A DNA stretch of 64,000 nucleotides from Octopus bimaculoides (GCF_001194135.2 NC_069006.1:17617048-17681047), one strand, 5' to 3'. Positions 37,571-51,425 are shown, numbered from the stretch's first letter. The notes: a model not told the origin generated them from the sequence alone. Program-made: numbers and translations.

Positions 37571-38385
37571 AGTCTTGGGGAGTTTGTTAGCCACTAGATG
37601 TGTTTTCTCTGTATTTTGGTGGAGGTTGATAATTTTGTTAGATTTCCCAGAGTTTAGCTTGAAGTGCTATTATATAAATGAGGACCCTAATAGAAATGTC
37701 AAGCCCCCACCCTCCTTTATTCTCTCTAATAATCTGCTGCTATATAAATTACTAGACAGATCAGTTTCCTTTGGCAGGAGTAATTTATATACTGAAATTC
37801 CCTTGGCAGCAACTCTCTGCAACCTTCATTCTTTATTAGCAATGTCGTTGTTGGTGGTTGCAGTAGTGATGTTGCCATCGGAACTGTTAGCATTGATGTA
37901 ATGAGGTACCGTTGTAAAACTAAATAGAATGTGTAACAAGTGGATATAGAATACTAAAGTAACCCCAGCTGATGTCTTGTGAGTTCAAATACAGGAGAGT
38001 CTTTTGTTATTCTGGGAATTTGTTGTTGAATTTCAATCATGATTGAGACCCTCTCAGCATGAACAGCTTCCGTGAATTGTGTGTAAGTATAGCTAAGTAA
38101 ACCAGAGGATTGAGTCGATGTCAAGGTTTTATTCATTGATATTTTGGATGGTGGGCCTTGGTTCTTTGTGACGGATAAGAAAACAGATTTCAAGATAGGA
38201 ATGCTCTGGTTTCGTATACAGAGTATGCATGTAAGTGTGTGCACATACACACGCACACACATACATACATGCACACACATACACACAAAGATGACTTTAC
38301 ATATTCTACCACAAACAGTTTTTTTACTATTTTCATAAAAAATGACATACTCTCTCTCTCTCTCTCTCACTTTGAGTCTGTGCTT

Positions 38386-38446
<61 letters not shown>

Positions 38447-38464
38447 CACATGCACGTGGCTGCA

Positions 38465-38676
38465 CGGAAGGCATAGGTATTGCTTGGTATAGCTGCATGG
38501 TTAAAAGGCTTGTTTTCTATGGTTTCAGGTTCAGCCCCACTGCGTGGCACAAGTACCAGGGCTTTAAAAAAATAAAATAAAACAAGTACAAGAGTGAATT
38601 TGTTTGACTAAACCCTTCAAGGCAGTACCCCAGCATGGCCACCGTCCAGTGACTTAAGCAAGTAAAAGATAAAAGA
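38465..38676 (+). mobile_element. SINE family A with large internal deletion
   Basis: Head ends at cccactgcgtggcac and joins directly to aagtaccagggctt of the tail. Confidence 0.7.
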
Positions 38677-39354
38677 TGGACCTTTAACATCTAGTCTGAC
38701 CTATCAACTTATGGCTCCACTGATCCTAACTCTCTCTATTTGTAATGAGTCTAATCATATATTTCTTATATTGACTGAATACAGACAATATTTATGGTAA
38801 CTAGCTTGTTAATGTTTAGGCTTAAAGGATACAGCTCTGCTTGTGCGACTTGGAGAAGCTACAGGCAGTGAAGCATAAGTCAAAAGTTACAAAACTATAA
38901 AAAGAAAAGAATGTCTGTTTTATCAAACGGCTGTAAAGTATAGAAAAGCACTAAAATATATAAATACTTTAAAAGAAAATCAGGAACATCTTTGTTTAAC
39001 AGTTCAAAAATCAACTGTAAAACTGAAATTGAACATCTAAAGGAACTTAAATGATTATATTAAACAAAATAAATTTAATTACATACGTAACCCTTCCTTT
39101 TGGGGATTAAAATGCTGGAATATAAAGCTGAAGTGGATGTAGCATGAAAGATTATATTAAATGGAACATAAAAATTATATTGTAAAAGGTTGAAAAGTTT
39201 ATCTCAACAGAATTTATTAAAGAAACATTATTTGTTGAGGTTAAATATAAAAAAAAATATCCAAATCCCAAATTGATTAACATCTTGTTCTTATAAACAG
39301 AATTGATTGTATGGTGTCCGCCCACCATCATAGAAGCCTTTAAGTTTAATTAAG

Positions 39355-39787
39355 TTTCACTGTGTGGCAAGAAGTGTGCTTCCCAACCACTGGGTTCTGG
39401 GTTCAATCCCACCATGTGGCATCTTGGGCAAGTGTCTTTCTACTATAGCTCTGGGCCAACCAAAACTTTGTGAGTGGATTTGGTAGATGGAAACTGAAAG
39501 AAACGCACTGTGTGTATGTGTGTGTGTGTTTTACTGTCTCCTCACCTTGACATCACATGACAGTTGTAAACAAATGTTACCTTCATACAAACACTGTCAT
39601 TCATTTCCAATCTTATGTAAAAAAAAAAAAAAAAGCATGTCTGTGCAGGGGGAAATGGTACCTTGCTTAGAAACAGGTGAAAGTTGGCAATAGTAAGGGC
39701 ATCCAGCCGTAGAAAAATCCACATCAACAAAATTCTGTCCAACCCATGTAAGCATGGAAAAGTGAACATTAAAATGATAATGATGTA
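39355..39787 (+). mobile_element. Composite SINE: family A head/body with family E-type (GAT)n tail
   Basis: tgtgtggcaagaagtgtgcttcccaacc...ggaaactgaaaga-(TG)n-ccttgacatcacatg...aagggcatccagccgtagaaaa...gcatggaaaagtgaacattaaaatgataatgatg. Confidence 0.75.
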
Positions 39788-40529
39788 AACAGCCTACTTA
39801 ATGTCTGTAAAATTGGAAATTTTAATGCATCATTTTACAATTTACTGTCTCTGATTTTAGTAACTCATGACTCCATGACTCCAATTCCAATAAGATCACC
39901 AGGGTTTGAATTTTACTTTTTTATAATACTACTGGACCATGTAACAACACTTCACCAAAAGACAATTTCTCTTTCAAATATCCATCATCATCAATACCAC
40001 CACCACCACCACCATTTTTATGTTGGATTTTTCCATACTGTTATGGGTTGGACAAGACTTATAAAGGCAGTGGTCTATAACCAAATGCCCTTCTTCTCTG
40101 CAACTTTTGTGCTCTTTTCAACTATAGTATTTTTTTATGTTTTAGTTTGCTCGTTTTTAAATATCGAAATTGACAAAGCTATCAAGCTCTGAGACATGTT
40201 GCTTATAGATGTAAAGAATTTCATTCTTGCTCAAAGAGTATAGGTGTGGAAGATGTAAAGGAAATAGACACACTTCCCCATTCTCTCTATGTCACACGTA
40301 GACACATGTGCAAGCACGTGCACACACACACACACACATTTTCAGTTCATGACATAACTATGTCTAGGGTCTTCATTTGTTTGATTGAATAAGGGACAAC
40401 TTTGCTTGGAAATGGATGAGGGTTGGGAGGGTAGTCAACTACATCGACCCCAATACTTCTTTGACACTTTGATCCCAATGAGGATCCTCTATGTGGTCAT
40501 TTGACCTATTAGAAATTGCAGCTGATCTC

Positions 40530-40886
40530 CCTCTAAGCACACCTTATCTTTTATCAACCCTAAAAGGATGACAGATAAGGCTGACCTTGGCAAAATTTGA
40601 ACTTGAAACCTAGAGACAGGCGAAATGTTGCTTAGCATTTTGTCTGGCGTGCTAATGATTCTGCCGGCTTGCCACCTTAATAATAATAATGGAGTCAAAT
40701 TTTGGCACAGGACCGGCAGTTTTGTGGGCTGGAGGGGGGAATTTGATTACATCAACCCCAGCACTTGACTGGTGCCTATTTTACTGACCCCCATAAGAAT
40801 GAAAGGCAAAGACATCTTGGTGGAATTTGAACTCAGGACGTAAAGTCAAATGAAATATCTCTAAGCAGTTTGTTCAGCCTGCTTGC

Positions 40887-40890
<4 letters not shown>
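40530..40890 (-). mobile_element. Two head-to-tail SINE family B copies
   Basis: Two successive atttgaact...gcttag blocks, each followed by a (taa)n run. Confidence 0.75.
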
Positions 40891-40929
<39 letters not shown>

Positions 40930-41706
40930 TCTGAAAAAAAGATACGAGTTCTGTATAACATTGATTGGAAAGGACTTGTGTAAAACTAACATATTGGCTT
41001 TTAATAACAAACAAAACTAGTTTAATAACAAAAATATTTAAAAGTATAAAGTGTAAACAGAAACGAAAATTTTTTTTCTTTGTTCTACATTTTTCATTCT
41101 GGATCTTTTTATTTTATTTTGTCTATTTTTGCCCTTTTTGGTGCCATTAGAAAAATGAGTTCATCTGTCAAGACAAATTAAGGATATGATTCCATCTGTC
41201 CATTTGTCATGTTGTCCAGAATAATGTAAAGATGGCATCGAATTGAGTGACAAGGCAATGTCATTGTGGAGGTGTAAACACTCTTCTTAATAAAATAAAC
41301 ATGATTTTACTATGTAATTTGTGTGTAAGTGTTGTTTCAAAAACATTATTGTTCCGTGCCAGGGAAAATTGAAATGGCTAATTTTGTGGAGAATATTGGA
41401 CAAACCCTTAGCATTTTGTTATAAGTACATTTATGTTTTATTATTAGTGTTATTATTTGTGGTGGTGGTGGTGGTGATGGTATGTTGCATTCAAAATCTC
41501 AATACTTATAAACATAAGCATACACTCGCACGCATTCACTTTCTCTCACAATGGACCGAGTGACAAACCAATAAGGGATCCTCTATGTGGTCATTTGACC
41601 TGCTAGAAATAGCAGCTAATCTCGCTCGGAACACATCCTTGTTTTTGTTGTTTTGATAGATACAGGGACACATTTCTTGCCCCTTGTGTTATGCTAATGT
41701 TAGCAG

Positions 41707-41763
41707 CTGTAGAGTTATCTCATCTTCTCAATATGGCAGCTCTGATCTCTTGGAATCATATTT
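41707..41763 (+). CDS. Candidate 57-nt exon, product unknown
   Basis: Branch-like gctaat, acceptor ttagcag, donor TTT|gtaagg; frame-preserving; open as CRVISSSQYGSSDLLESY or VELSHLLNMAALISWNHI. Confidence 0.2.
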
Positions 41764-43019
41764 GTAAGGTTATAGGTTTCATTTCCTAGACTAAGTGGCA
41801 TGTTGTGTCTCTGAACTGAAAAAGTAAGTACCAAGCAGAGGCCCCTATTACTGTCCTTTCTCTCTCTCTAATTGGTGCATCCTGGATAATCCGCTGAGTC
41901 AAGAGTGGGGTTGAGTTGGAATAAGGAATGTATCTGTTTCTGTTTGTTACTACATGGGTACCTCAAATATGTAATGAAAGCTTGATGTATGCTACCAAGT
42001 CTCACTCGCCTGCTCATTCGCTAGCAGCTGACTGTAGATTTAAATTTCCTGACTGCACAGTCAACTGCAGAGTTAAGTTGCTTTGCCTCTTTAACTTAAA
42101 GGGTTAACTGTTGACTTAAGAATGCCCCATCTCTGAGTTTTAGTTTTGTGTTATGTTTCTTCAGAGGAAGATCAGTATCACTAGAAACCATTAAATGATT
42201 GCTATTCAGTGAAGTCATCAAGAGACCCTGCTGCCTCTCCTAATATTCCAGCATTGCTGATGGATTTTTCATTTGGTTCTACAAACAAATTATCTACCGT
42301 ATTGCATAGCAGTGCTACAGTATTAATATATGGGAGGTAAAGAAAGGTGAGACAGGGTGAGGGAAAGATAGGTGGTGGCTAGAACTACACCACAACATTG
42401 AGGCACTGTTGGTTTATCTTACTTATATCTATTGTTGCTTTTTCACTCCAACCTGGTTTCGAGGCTTTCTCTTATAGAATCTTCTTACTAATGACTGTAG
42501 CATACGTCTGCTGTTAAAACAATGCCTGCTGTCTGGCCCCCAGAATTCCCTGTTCTACTTTATTCCAAATTGGTTTAACTCTTCAGTAAAACATCTTATG
42601 TTTATGTTATAACTTATAACCCACCTCCCTTCCATTATTCCTGGTTACACGTCCATTTTGTTACAGAGACATCGGCTTACACTGTCTGTCTTCTACATCC
42701 AGCCATCCAGCTGCATCTTGTCACATTTATGGCTGCTGTGAACAGAATCTATTAACTCTAGTTAATGATATACAGTTAGACCTGCAATTACCATCTCACC
42801 ATCATCATCTTACCCACATTTTATGTGATGAGGATGATGGATTGCCATAGGAATGGTCAAGCCATCATGCATGATTTGAAGCAGTTGGTTGTATATTCTA
42901 CTGCTCAGCGTTCATATACCATCAGGACCATCTCAGCTTTCCATTATTGCAGGTTATGTAAAATAAGTAGCTGTGTGTGTTGCCATGTGCTAATATTACA
43001 AATTATTATTATTACAATT

Positions 43020-43160
43020 GAAGGCACATACATGGCTCAGTGGTAAGAGCATCAGGCTCACAATCATGCAGTAGTGAGTTCAATTCCAAGATTAGGCTGT
43101 GAGTTGTGTTCTTGAGCAAGACACTTTGTTTCACATTGCTCCAGTTCACATAGCTGTAGA
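43020..43160 (+). mobile_element. tRNA-head SINE fragment with CORE-like block
   Basis: catggctcagtggtaagagcatcaggc...gagttcaattcc...cttgagcaagacactttgtttcacattgctccagttcac. Confidence 0.8.
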
Positions 43161-44633
43161 AATGACACTGGATGCCTCCCTGAAGGTTTCTTTCTTTCAA
43201 CTACTGCAAGACTGAGGTGGGTGGCATGTGCAAGTCAAAAATGTCTGAGCAAGGTTGACCAGATGATGATGAAAGCTTTGTCCATACACACATCTGTTGA
43301 GAATAATTCTGTTCTGGATGGGCAAGACATTTAATTCTACATCCTCTGTTTTCACTTATTCTACATATTTGTTTCAAGAAGGAATAGTTACCAAGTATCT
43401 CTGTTTTTTTTTTTGTTTTTTGCCTAGATTATCTGTAACAAATTAGCACATTACTCAGAGTGGTGGTGATGGTGGTGACTGCTGTGGTTGAGGGGTCTGT
43501 TTCTTATCCCTCTGCCTGACACTCAGATTAAATTTAATCCTCAAACTCTTACAGAAAAAAGGGGATAGGAGTGTTCACTACTTACAGATTTAATTTGTGC
43601 TTAACAGGGCATCCTGTCACCACCGCCAATCTGTCTTTATCAACTGTAGCTTAAGCAAATTCTTCAACAACAACAACAACAAATTTTCTATATAACACAG
43701 ATTAACTAACTGAAACCCCCCCCCCAAAAAAAAAGACAACATAAACAAACAAAATAAACTATGGCGCAATGTTATTAAAACCATGTTGTTGTTGTTGTTG
43801 TTGCTTGTATCTGCTATTCCCTCCCCCTTCAAGTCGTTTCCTCTCCTACATTTTTAATTTAAATCATTAATACATTATTGAATTGAAAGAAAAGTGCTTT
43901 TGTAACATTTAGGAATACTTAAATTTTATATTTTTTTTATCTTTTAAAATATCTTTAAAAAATGGTTTTTATATTATTACTTTCATTTTATTAACAGTGT
44001 TCTTGTTGCTATTGTTGGTGGTGGTGGTGGAGTTGGTGGTAGTGGTGTAATTGTTGTTTTTAAGTATTTTTTCCTCTAAATTTTTATTTTTTTTATGTTT
44101 CTTTCTAACATTGGACGAGGAGTATGTGTGGTGGGGGAACATAGATTTTTCTTAATCTTGTTTACTGATTAGTTTTGTAATTCAAAGATTAATTTATTTA
44201 TCATCATAGCTGCTGCTGCTGTTGTTGTTGTTGTTCTTCTTCTTCTTCTTTTTATTATTATTATTATTATTTCCTTTACATTGAGAAAAACATGTGAAAG
44301 GAAGACTTTGAATGGTTTATCTTTTGAATGTTTAGTTTTGTGCGTGTGTATATTGGAGTGGGGAGCTCGTTTTTGTCGCCATCTTCTCTCTCTCTCACCA
44401 CTACTTTTTGTGCTTCATATGTGTAAGCATGTGTGTGTGCATATGCAAATATAATATTGTAATGTGTGTGTGTATATAGGCATGTGTGTGCATATATATT
44501 CATGTGTATATATATATATACGTGTGTGGGTGTATGTGTGTATGTAAATAAATATTTGTATGTGTGTGTGTATATGTATATATTATATATGTGTGTGTAT
44601 ATGTGTATATATAATATACGTATATGTGTATAT

Positions 44634-44664
<31 letters not shown>

Positions 44665-45039
44665 GTGTGTATGTAAAAAACCCAGCTAACATTAACTGAA
44701 TAGAGGATTCAGTACAAGTGTGGCATCTGATAATAGGTATGTATATGTGTGTAGAGTGTATGCATGTATATATATATATATATACGCACGCATGAACATC
44801 CTTATATGTATGTGTGCATGTTTGTTTAAGTTCATATGTATCTGATTGTGCATGCATGCAGGCATGCGCATGTGTGTGCATTCACAGTTGTTGAAAGTCA
44901 TAATTTGATTAAAATAGTTGACTGTCATGAATTCCTAATGGCTCTTCTTTTCCTCCTTTCTTTAACCATAGTGTTTCTTATGTCAATCTGTGAGCTTGTG
45001 CTGATTTGTAGATTGATGTTATTGTATATGTGGTTCAGG

Positions 45040-45250
45040 GTGGTGAGCTGGAAGAATAGTTACTGTGCCAGCCAAAATGCTTAGCGGTATTTGGTTTTTA
45101 TATGTTCTGAGTTAAAATTCAACCAAGTTCAACTTAGCCCTTCATCCTTTTGGGGTCAATAAAAGAAGTATCAGTTGAGTCCTGGGGTTGATATAATTAA
45201 CACCCTCTTCCGAAATTGCTGGCCATGTGCTAAAATTTGAAACTGATATT
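45040..45250 (+). mobile_element. SINE family B
   Basis: ggtggtgagctggaagaatagttac...aaaatgcttagcgg...gctggccatgtgctaaaatttgaaac. Confidence 0.8.
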
Positions 45251-45404
45251 ATGTACATGTTGATTTGTGTGTGTGTGGATATTTTGACTTAGGTTTTCTT
45301 GCCTTCACTGGAAGATAGTTTTTATATTGATAATGAATTTTTTTTATGGGCATAAGGACCTAAGACATTGGAGACAATGTAGAAGTGAACAAAATATATA
45401 TATT

Positions 45405-45703
45405 TACTCTTTTACTATTTTACTCGTTTCAGTCATTTGACTGTGGCCATGCTGGAGCAGCGCCTTTACTCGAGCAAATCGATCCCAGGACTTATTCTTT
45501 GTAAGCCTAGTACTTATTCTATCAGTCTCTTTTTGCCGAACCGCTAAGTTACGGGGACGTAAACACACCAGCATCGGTTGTCAAGCAATGTTGNNNNNNN
45601 NNNNNNNNNNNNNNNNNNNNNNNNNNNNNNNNNNNNNNNNNNNNNNNNNNNNNNNNNNNNNNNNNNNNNNNNNNNNNNNNNNNNNNNGGGGGGGGGGGGG
45701 CAA

Positions 45704-45744
<41 letters not shown>

Positions 45745-45915
45745 CATATATACGATGGGCTTCTTTTAGTTTCCGTCTACCAAATCTACTCACAAGGCTT
45801 TGGTCGGCCCGAGGCTATAGTAGAAGACACTTGCCCAAGGTGCCACGCAGTGAGACTGAACCCGGAACCATGTGGTTGGTAAGCAAGCTACTTGATGCAC
45901 AGCCACTCCTGCGCC
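45405..45915 (-). mobile_element. SINE family A, full length, low divergence (gap inside)
   Basis: tcgtttcagtcatttgactgtggccatgctggagcagcgcc...ccgctaagttacggggacgtaaac...ggtcggcccgaggctatagtagaagac; many CpG retained. Confidence 0.9.
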
Positions 45916-46194
45916 TATTTAAAGAAAAAAAGAAAGAAACTGGGTAAAAAAAAAAGGACCCTAACAATAAAAATATTAATAAACAACAATAAGAATAACC
46001 ACAGAAAAGTAAAATGTTTTATTGATGTATTTTGTTGTTTAACTTCCATCCCCTGTCAGCTTCTCAGCCTTGGCTCAGCAAATTGCATTCAGTCTATATC
46101 TGTCATGTATTTTTTGTTTTGCTCTTTTCCATGAATAATGGAAAATAACCCCAATGGTACAATCTGCCTGGCCATTTACACTTTCACATGCAAT

Positions 46195-46294
46195 CTAACC
46201 CTAACCTTAACCCTAAATCCAAACCCTAATCCTAAGCCCAACCCTAACCCATAACCCTAACTCCAACACTAAACCTGACCCTAAAACCTAACCC
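46195..46294. repeat. Interstitial degenerate (CCCTAA)n telomere-like tract
   Basis: ctaaccctaaccttaaccctaaatccaaaccctaatcctaagcccaaccctaacccataaccctaa... Confidence 0.8.
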
Positions 46295-47584
46295 AGATCT
46301 GGTTATTTCACAGCATAAACTACAGCTACTGTGGTAGACAATGCTGCAGTAGCTCTTCCAAGTATATTACCCAATGTGTCCTTCTTTTTTAAAGACAGCA
46401 TGGCGTGTTTTACTGCTATTTCTAGCATGGGTATTGCATGGTGGCTGTCATTGTTTAGTTCTAGGTCAGGTCTGATCAAATAGACATATGATCCAAAGTG
46501 TTCCAACCTTGACCATCCCACCTGTTTTTGTATTTCTAAGCTTACATTGTCCATCTTAATATGTCCCTCCTGTTTTAAAATGACAGGATGTATGTAATTT
46601 GAAAGAATTTGGTTGCTATGGCAAGAAGGCTTTTTTAATTTTTTTTTTTTTATGAAAGCTCCCTTCTTAGTAAATTCTTTTAGGATGTTTAAGGCACCTA
46701 GGTTTCTAAGGGCTGGTGGGGAGGTTGGGTAACCATTAAAATACTAAGTAGTGTCTTATCTTGCTTCAGTTTGGTAATCAGACAAGAACCAAGAACTGGG
46801 GGGAGGGGGGGNNNNNNNNNNNNNNNNNNNNNNAAGGCTTTTTTAATTTTTTTTTTTTTTATGAAAGCTCCCTTCTTAGTAAATTCTTTTAGGATGTTTA
46901 AGGCACCTAGGTTTCTAAGGGCTGGTGGGGAGGTTGGGTAACCATTAAAATACTAAGTAGTGTCTTATCTTGCTTCAGTTTGGTAATCAGACAAGAACCA
47001 AGAACTGGGGGGAGGGGGGGGGAGAAAGAAAATCTGGTGTTTATAACATGATACCATGGTAATCCACACTAGTGTTTTGGACAATATATGTCATGAAAAC
47101 AAGTGATAACAACACAGGCAACACTACACTACAGATAAACACAGTCTCAATGATATGCCGCCAGTGCCATCAACACCACCTCCACTGCCATCATCACCAC
47201 AACCATTGCCCTCACCACTATCCTGTTCTATTCTCTCTATTCTGCTGTTCTTCACTTCTGGTTTAAACCATTACTTGTAAATGAAATAAATCACCATTAT
47301 CATGGGGGTGGGGAATGCACCACCACCACCACCACCACCAATGATGGGAACCCCAGAACAGAATGCTTTCTTGTATTTTTTTTTTTGTTTGTTTTTTTTA
47401 AGGTTCTGCTTCAAATCCTCATGAGTGAGGTCAACTTTTTTGCGGGGATTGTCCTTCTGGGTTGGGGAATCAATAAAATAGAGGCAACAGTCAAGTACAG
47501 AGCTTGACATGACTGCTCCCCACCCACCCTAAACCTTCCTTCTCCTTCTTCCCAAAATATATGGATTTTGTACCATTAAAAGAG

Positions 47585-47769
47585 CAGTGCGGTTAAAAGT
47601 TTGCATCTCAACCACAACACCCCAGGTTCAGTCCCACTGTGTGGTACCTCAGGCAAGGCTTTGGTAGACAGAAGGCTTTCGTAGACAGAAACTGAAAGGC
47701 TTTGGTAGACAGAAACTGAAAGGCTTTGGTAGACACAAGGCTTTGGTAGACAGAAACTGAAAGAAACCC

Positions 47770-47803
<34 letters not shown>

Positions 47804-48000
47804 TCTCAGCTCTGCCTCATAACTGGTGTTGGTTTGTTTGTGTCCCTTCTAACTTAGTGGTTCAGCAAAAGTGACTGATAGAATAAGTACCAGGCTTTTA
47901 GAAGGAAAACTAACTACTGTGGTCGATCTGTTTAACTAAAACCTTTTGAGGCAGTGAGTGTTCCAGCATGGCCACACACCAATGACTGAAATGTATAAAG
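47585..48000 (+). mobile_element. SINE family A with internal 17/24-bp tandem expansion
   Basis: Five aaggctttggtagaca(gaaactga) units at 47655-47760 between head and (TG)n. Confidence 0.85.
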
Positions 48001-48553
48001 AAGTTAAAAAANNNNNNNNNNNNNNNNNNNNNNNNNNNNNNNNNNNNNNNNNNNNNNNNNNNNNNNNNNNNNNNNNNNNNNNNNNNNNNNNNNNNNNNNN
48101 NNNNNNNNNNNNNNNNNNNNNNNNNNNNNNNNNNNNNNNNNNNNNNNNNNNNNNNNNNNNNNNNNNNNNNNNNNNNNNNNNNNNNNNNNNNNNNNNNNNN
48201 NNNNNNNNNNNNNNNNNNNNNNNNNNNNNNNNNNNNNNNNNNNNNNNNNNNNNNNNNNNNNNNNNNNNNNNNNNNNNNNNNNNNNNNNNNNNNNNNNNNN
48301 NNNNNNNNNNNNNNNNNNNNNNNNNNNNNNNNNNNNNNNNNNNNNNNNNNNNNNNNNNNNNNNNNNNNNNNNNNNNNNNNNNNNNNNNNNNNNNNNNNNN
48401 NNNNNNNNNNNNNNNNNNNNNNNNNNNNNNNNNNNNNNNNNNNNNNNNNNNNNNNNNNNNNNNNNNNNNNNNNNNNNNNNNNNNNNNNNNNNNNNNNNNN
48501 NNNNNNNNNNNCCTCTCTTTCTACTACTCCTTACATACATGTGTGTACCTGTG

Positions 48554-48637
<84 letters not shown>

Positions 48638-48829
48638 ATACATGTGTATTCGTGTATATCTGTGTGTATGTGTGTGCTTATACATTCCATTTAGTGTTCC
48701 TCTGTTAACTTTCACTTCTGTCTTATCTTCTTCTTATAATAAATAAGTCATCAGATCCATTGCGCAAGTCTTTCTTGGAGTTGCTAACTACCTATTTAGC
48801 TATGTTTTGTTTGTCTACATGTGCTCTGT

Positions 48830-48865
<36 letters not shown>

Positions 48866-48975
48866 TGAAGCCCCCTAAAGAAACAGCTGTTATTCTTGTG
48901 GCATTCAAAATAAAAATAATTATACTCTATATTGAAATGTATTGAATTCTTCATTGGCATAATTTATTAGTCTTT

Positions 48976-49031
<56 letters not shown>

Positions 49032-50672
49032 TATGCACACATGGCACATTAGGCAAGTGTCTTCTGCTGTAGCTCCAGACTGATCAAAGCCTTGTGAGTG
49101 GATTTAGTAGATGAAACTGAAAGAACACTGTCATGTTTAATATGAATCTATGTATGTATGTTATATATATATATATAATCCAAATAAGTAGACAAAGCAA
49201 GACTTTAACACCTATTTAATTATCAGTTACAATTGTTTCTCTACCTATTCTGCTTTCAACAGCAGTCCATGCAAAAGTTCAAAGTGAAAATTTGAGTAAT
49301 ATTTGCAGTTCTAAGCAAACATCAAAGTGGCATTTCCTCAGACCTGCATTCAAAGGTATGCTCTTATATTGTGTGTGATATACATATTTATATATAACCA
49401 CTGTACCACTGTATGGACAAAACTATTGGATGTTGTTATATACTGCTAGTCACAGTGTGCTTATTTGCAGTGTTTTAGCTTTTGAATAATGCCATCCCAG
49501 TGGCTAGGCAGGCNNNNNNNNNNNNNNNNNNNNNNNNNNNNNNNNNNNNNNNNNNNNNNNNNNNNNNNNNNNNNNNNNNNNNNNNNNNNNNNNNNNNNNN
49601 NNNNNNNNNNNNNNNNNNNNNNNNNNNNNNNNNNNNNNNNNNNNNNNNNNNNNNNNNNNNNNNNNNNNNNNNNNNNNNNNNNNNNNNNNNNNNNNNNNNN
49701 NNNNNNNNNNNNNNNNNNNNNNNNNNNNNNNNNNNNNNNNNNNNNNNNNNNNNNNNNNNNNNNNNNNNNNNNNNNNNNNNNNNNNNNNNNNNNNNNNNNN
49801 NNNNNNNNNNNNNNNNNNNNNNNNNNNNNNNNNNNNNNNNNNNNNNNNNNNNNNNNNNNNNNNNNNNNNNNNNNNNCACTGTCATGTTTAATATGAATCT
49901 ATGTATGTATGTTATATATATATATATATATATCCTACTTCATGTGTTCATCGCCCTCTCTAAAGTCATCACTTTCTCTCGCTCTCCTACTCTCCTTTCA
50001 CAGAAGCATACCCATTACACTCTGTAAAGTGGTTTGCATTAGGAAGGGCATCCAGCCATAGAAACCTTACCAAAACTGAGAAACAAGAGTACAAACATGG
50101 CTCCCTGACTTGTTGGGTCCTGTCAAACTGTCCAGCTCATGCCTGCATCGAAGAGAGACAGATGGATATTTCAATTCAATGAAATATCCATCTTTCCACC
50201 TAGCTACCAACTTCCCTAAACCCACCCATCCATCTACCCAATAACCAGCTATCTATTTAATGGTCTATCATCTAGAGAAATAGATGATCATCTATTCATC
50301 TATTTCTTTCTTTCTATCTCTCTTTATCCATCTACAAACTGTCTGTCTGTCTCTCTTTGCCTGTCTGTCTTTATCTGTCTATCTATCTATCTATCTATCT
50401 GTCTGTCTATCTACCCAGCCATCCACCAGCCATCACAAACCCACCACCTGCCCCAGAAAATAGCAACAGTGACCATACTGCCTGTATTATTACTTGATGT
50501 GAAAATATTGATTGCAGCAGATTATCAAATAAACTAAATGTTTTAAATATATCAATTTGTAATTATGTATGAAGAGCATGATTAACAGAGAAGGAGAGAG
50601 AGAGAGTATGGTTGGATGAGGAGGAGTTATGTATGATTAATATGATGCCTGGAGGGTGAGTGAGATAGAGAG

Positions 50673-50703
<31 letters not shown>

Positions 50704-51386
50704 ATGTAGGTGGAGAGGAAGGAGTTAAGTTTTGCAGTCAGTTCTATTACTCCTTTCTCCTCTCATTTCTCACAGATTTGTCTTAAATAAATATTATTTC
50801 CATATTCATCTCAGACCCCACATGTAGCCTGAGGGTTCCCCCCTCCTTCCCTTTGCTTCATTTGTTGTTGAGTTGTTTTATAATTGTGTATGCGTATGGT
50901 AATGTGACACATTATTTTATAAATATGTATGTGCACGTATATATATGTATATATACATACATATATATGTGTGTGTGTGTGTGTGTGTGTATACACTCAG
51001 TGCATGTCTGCATGTATTATATTGTATGTGTATACTCACACATATACATGAGCTAGCTGTAGTCTTTACTCAGATTTCTCTGCGTATACGCAAGCACATG
51101 ATCCTACATACACACACACAATAATTTAGGCACAAACCTTTGTGTACATACATGTGCTTACACACACACACGCACACATTATTGGACAGTCTTCATTTAC
51201 AACCTCTTGCTATTTATTTATGCATGTGTGTGTGTGTGTGTACATGTACATATGACGTTCATACATATGTTAGTATACACACATACCAACAATGATTTAT
51301 GCACAAGTTTTTCATGTACATATATGACCATTCACACATATATCGAACAGCATAATATTGGCAAACATTAATTCATACACAAATGT

Positions 51387-51425
<39 letters not shown>

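Noticed and set aside
37954-38439. 161-aa minus-strand ORF
   Set aside because: First half is (TG)n/(GA)n microsatellite; remainder has no recognisable motif or convincing splice boundaries
46626-47022. Perfect 186-bp direct repeat either side of a 22-N gap
   Set aside because: Identical contig ends flanking a tiny gap are the signature of an unmerged overlap, not a biological repeat; the same applies at 29305-29520
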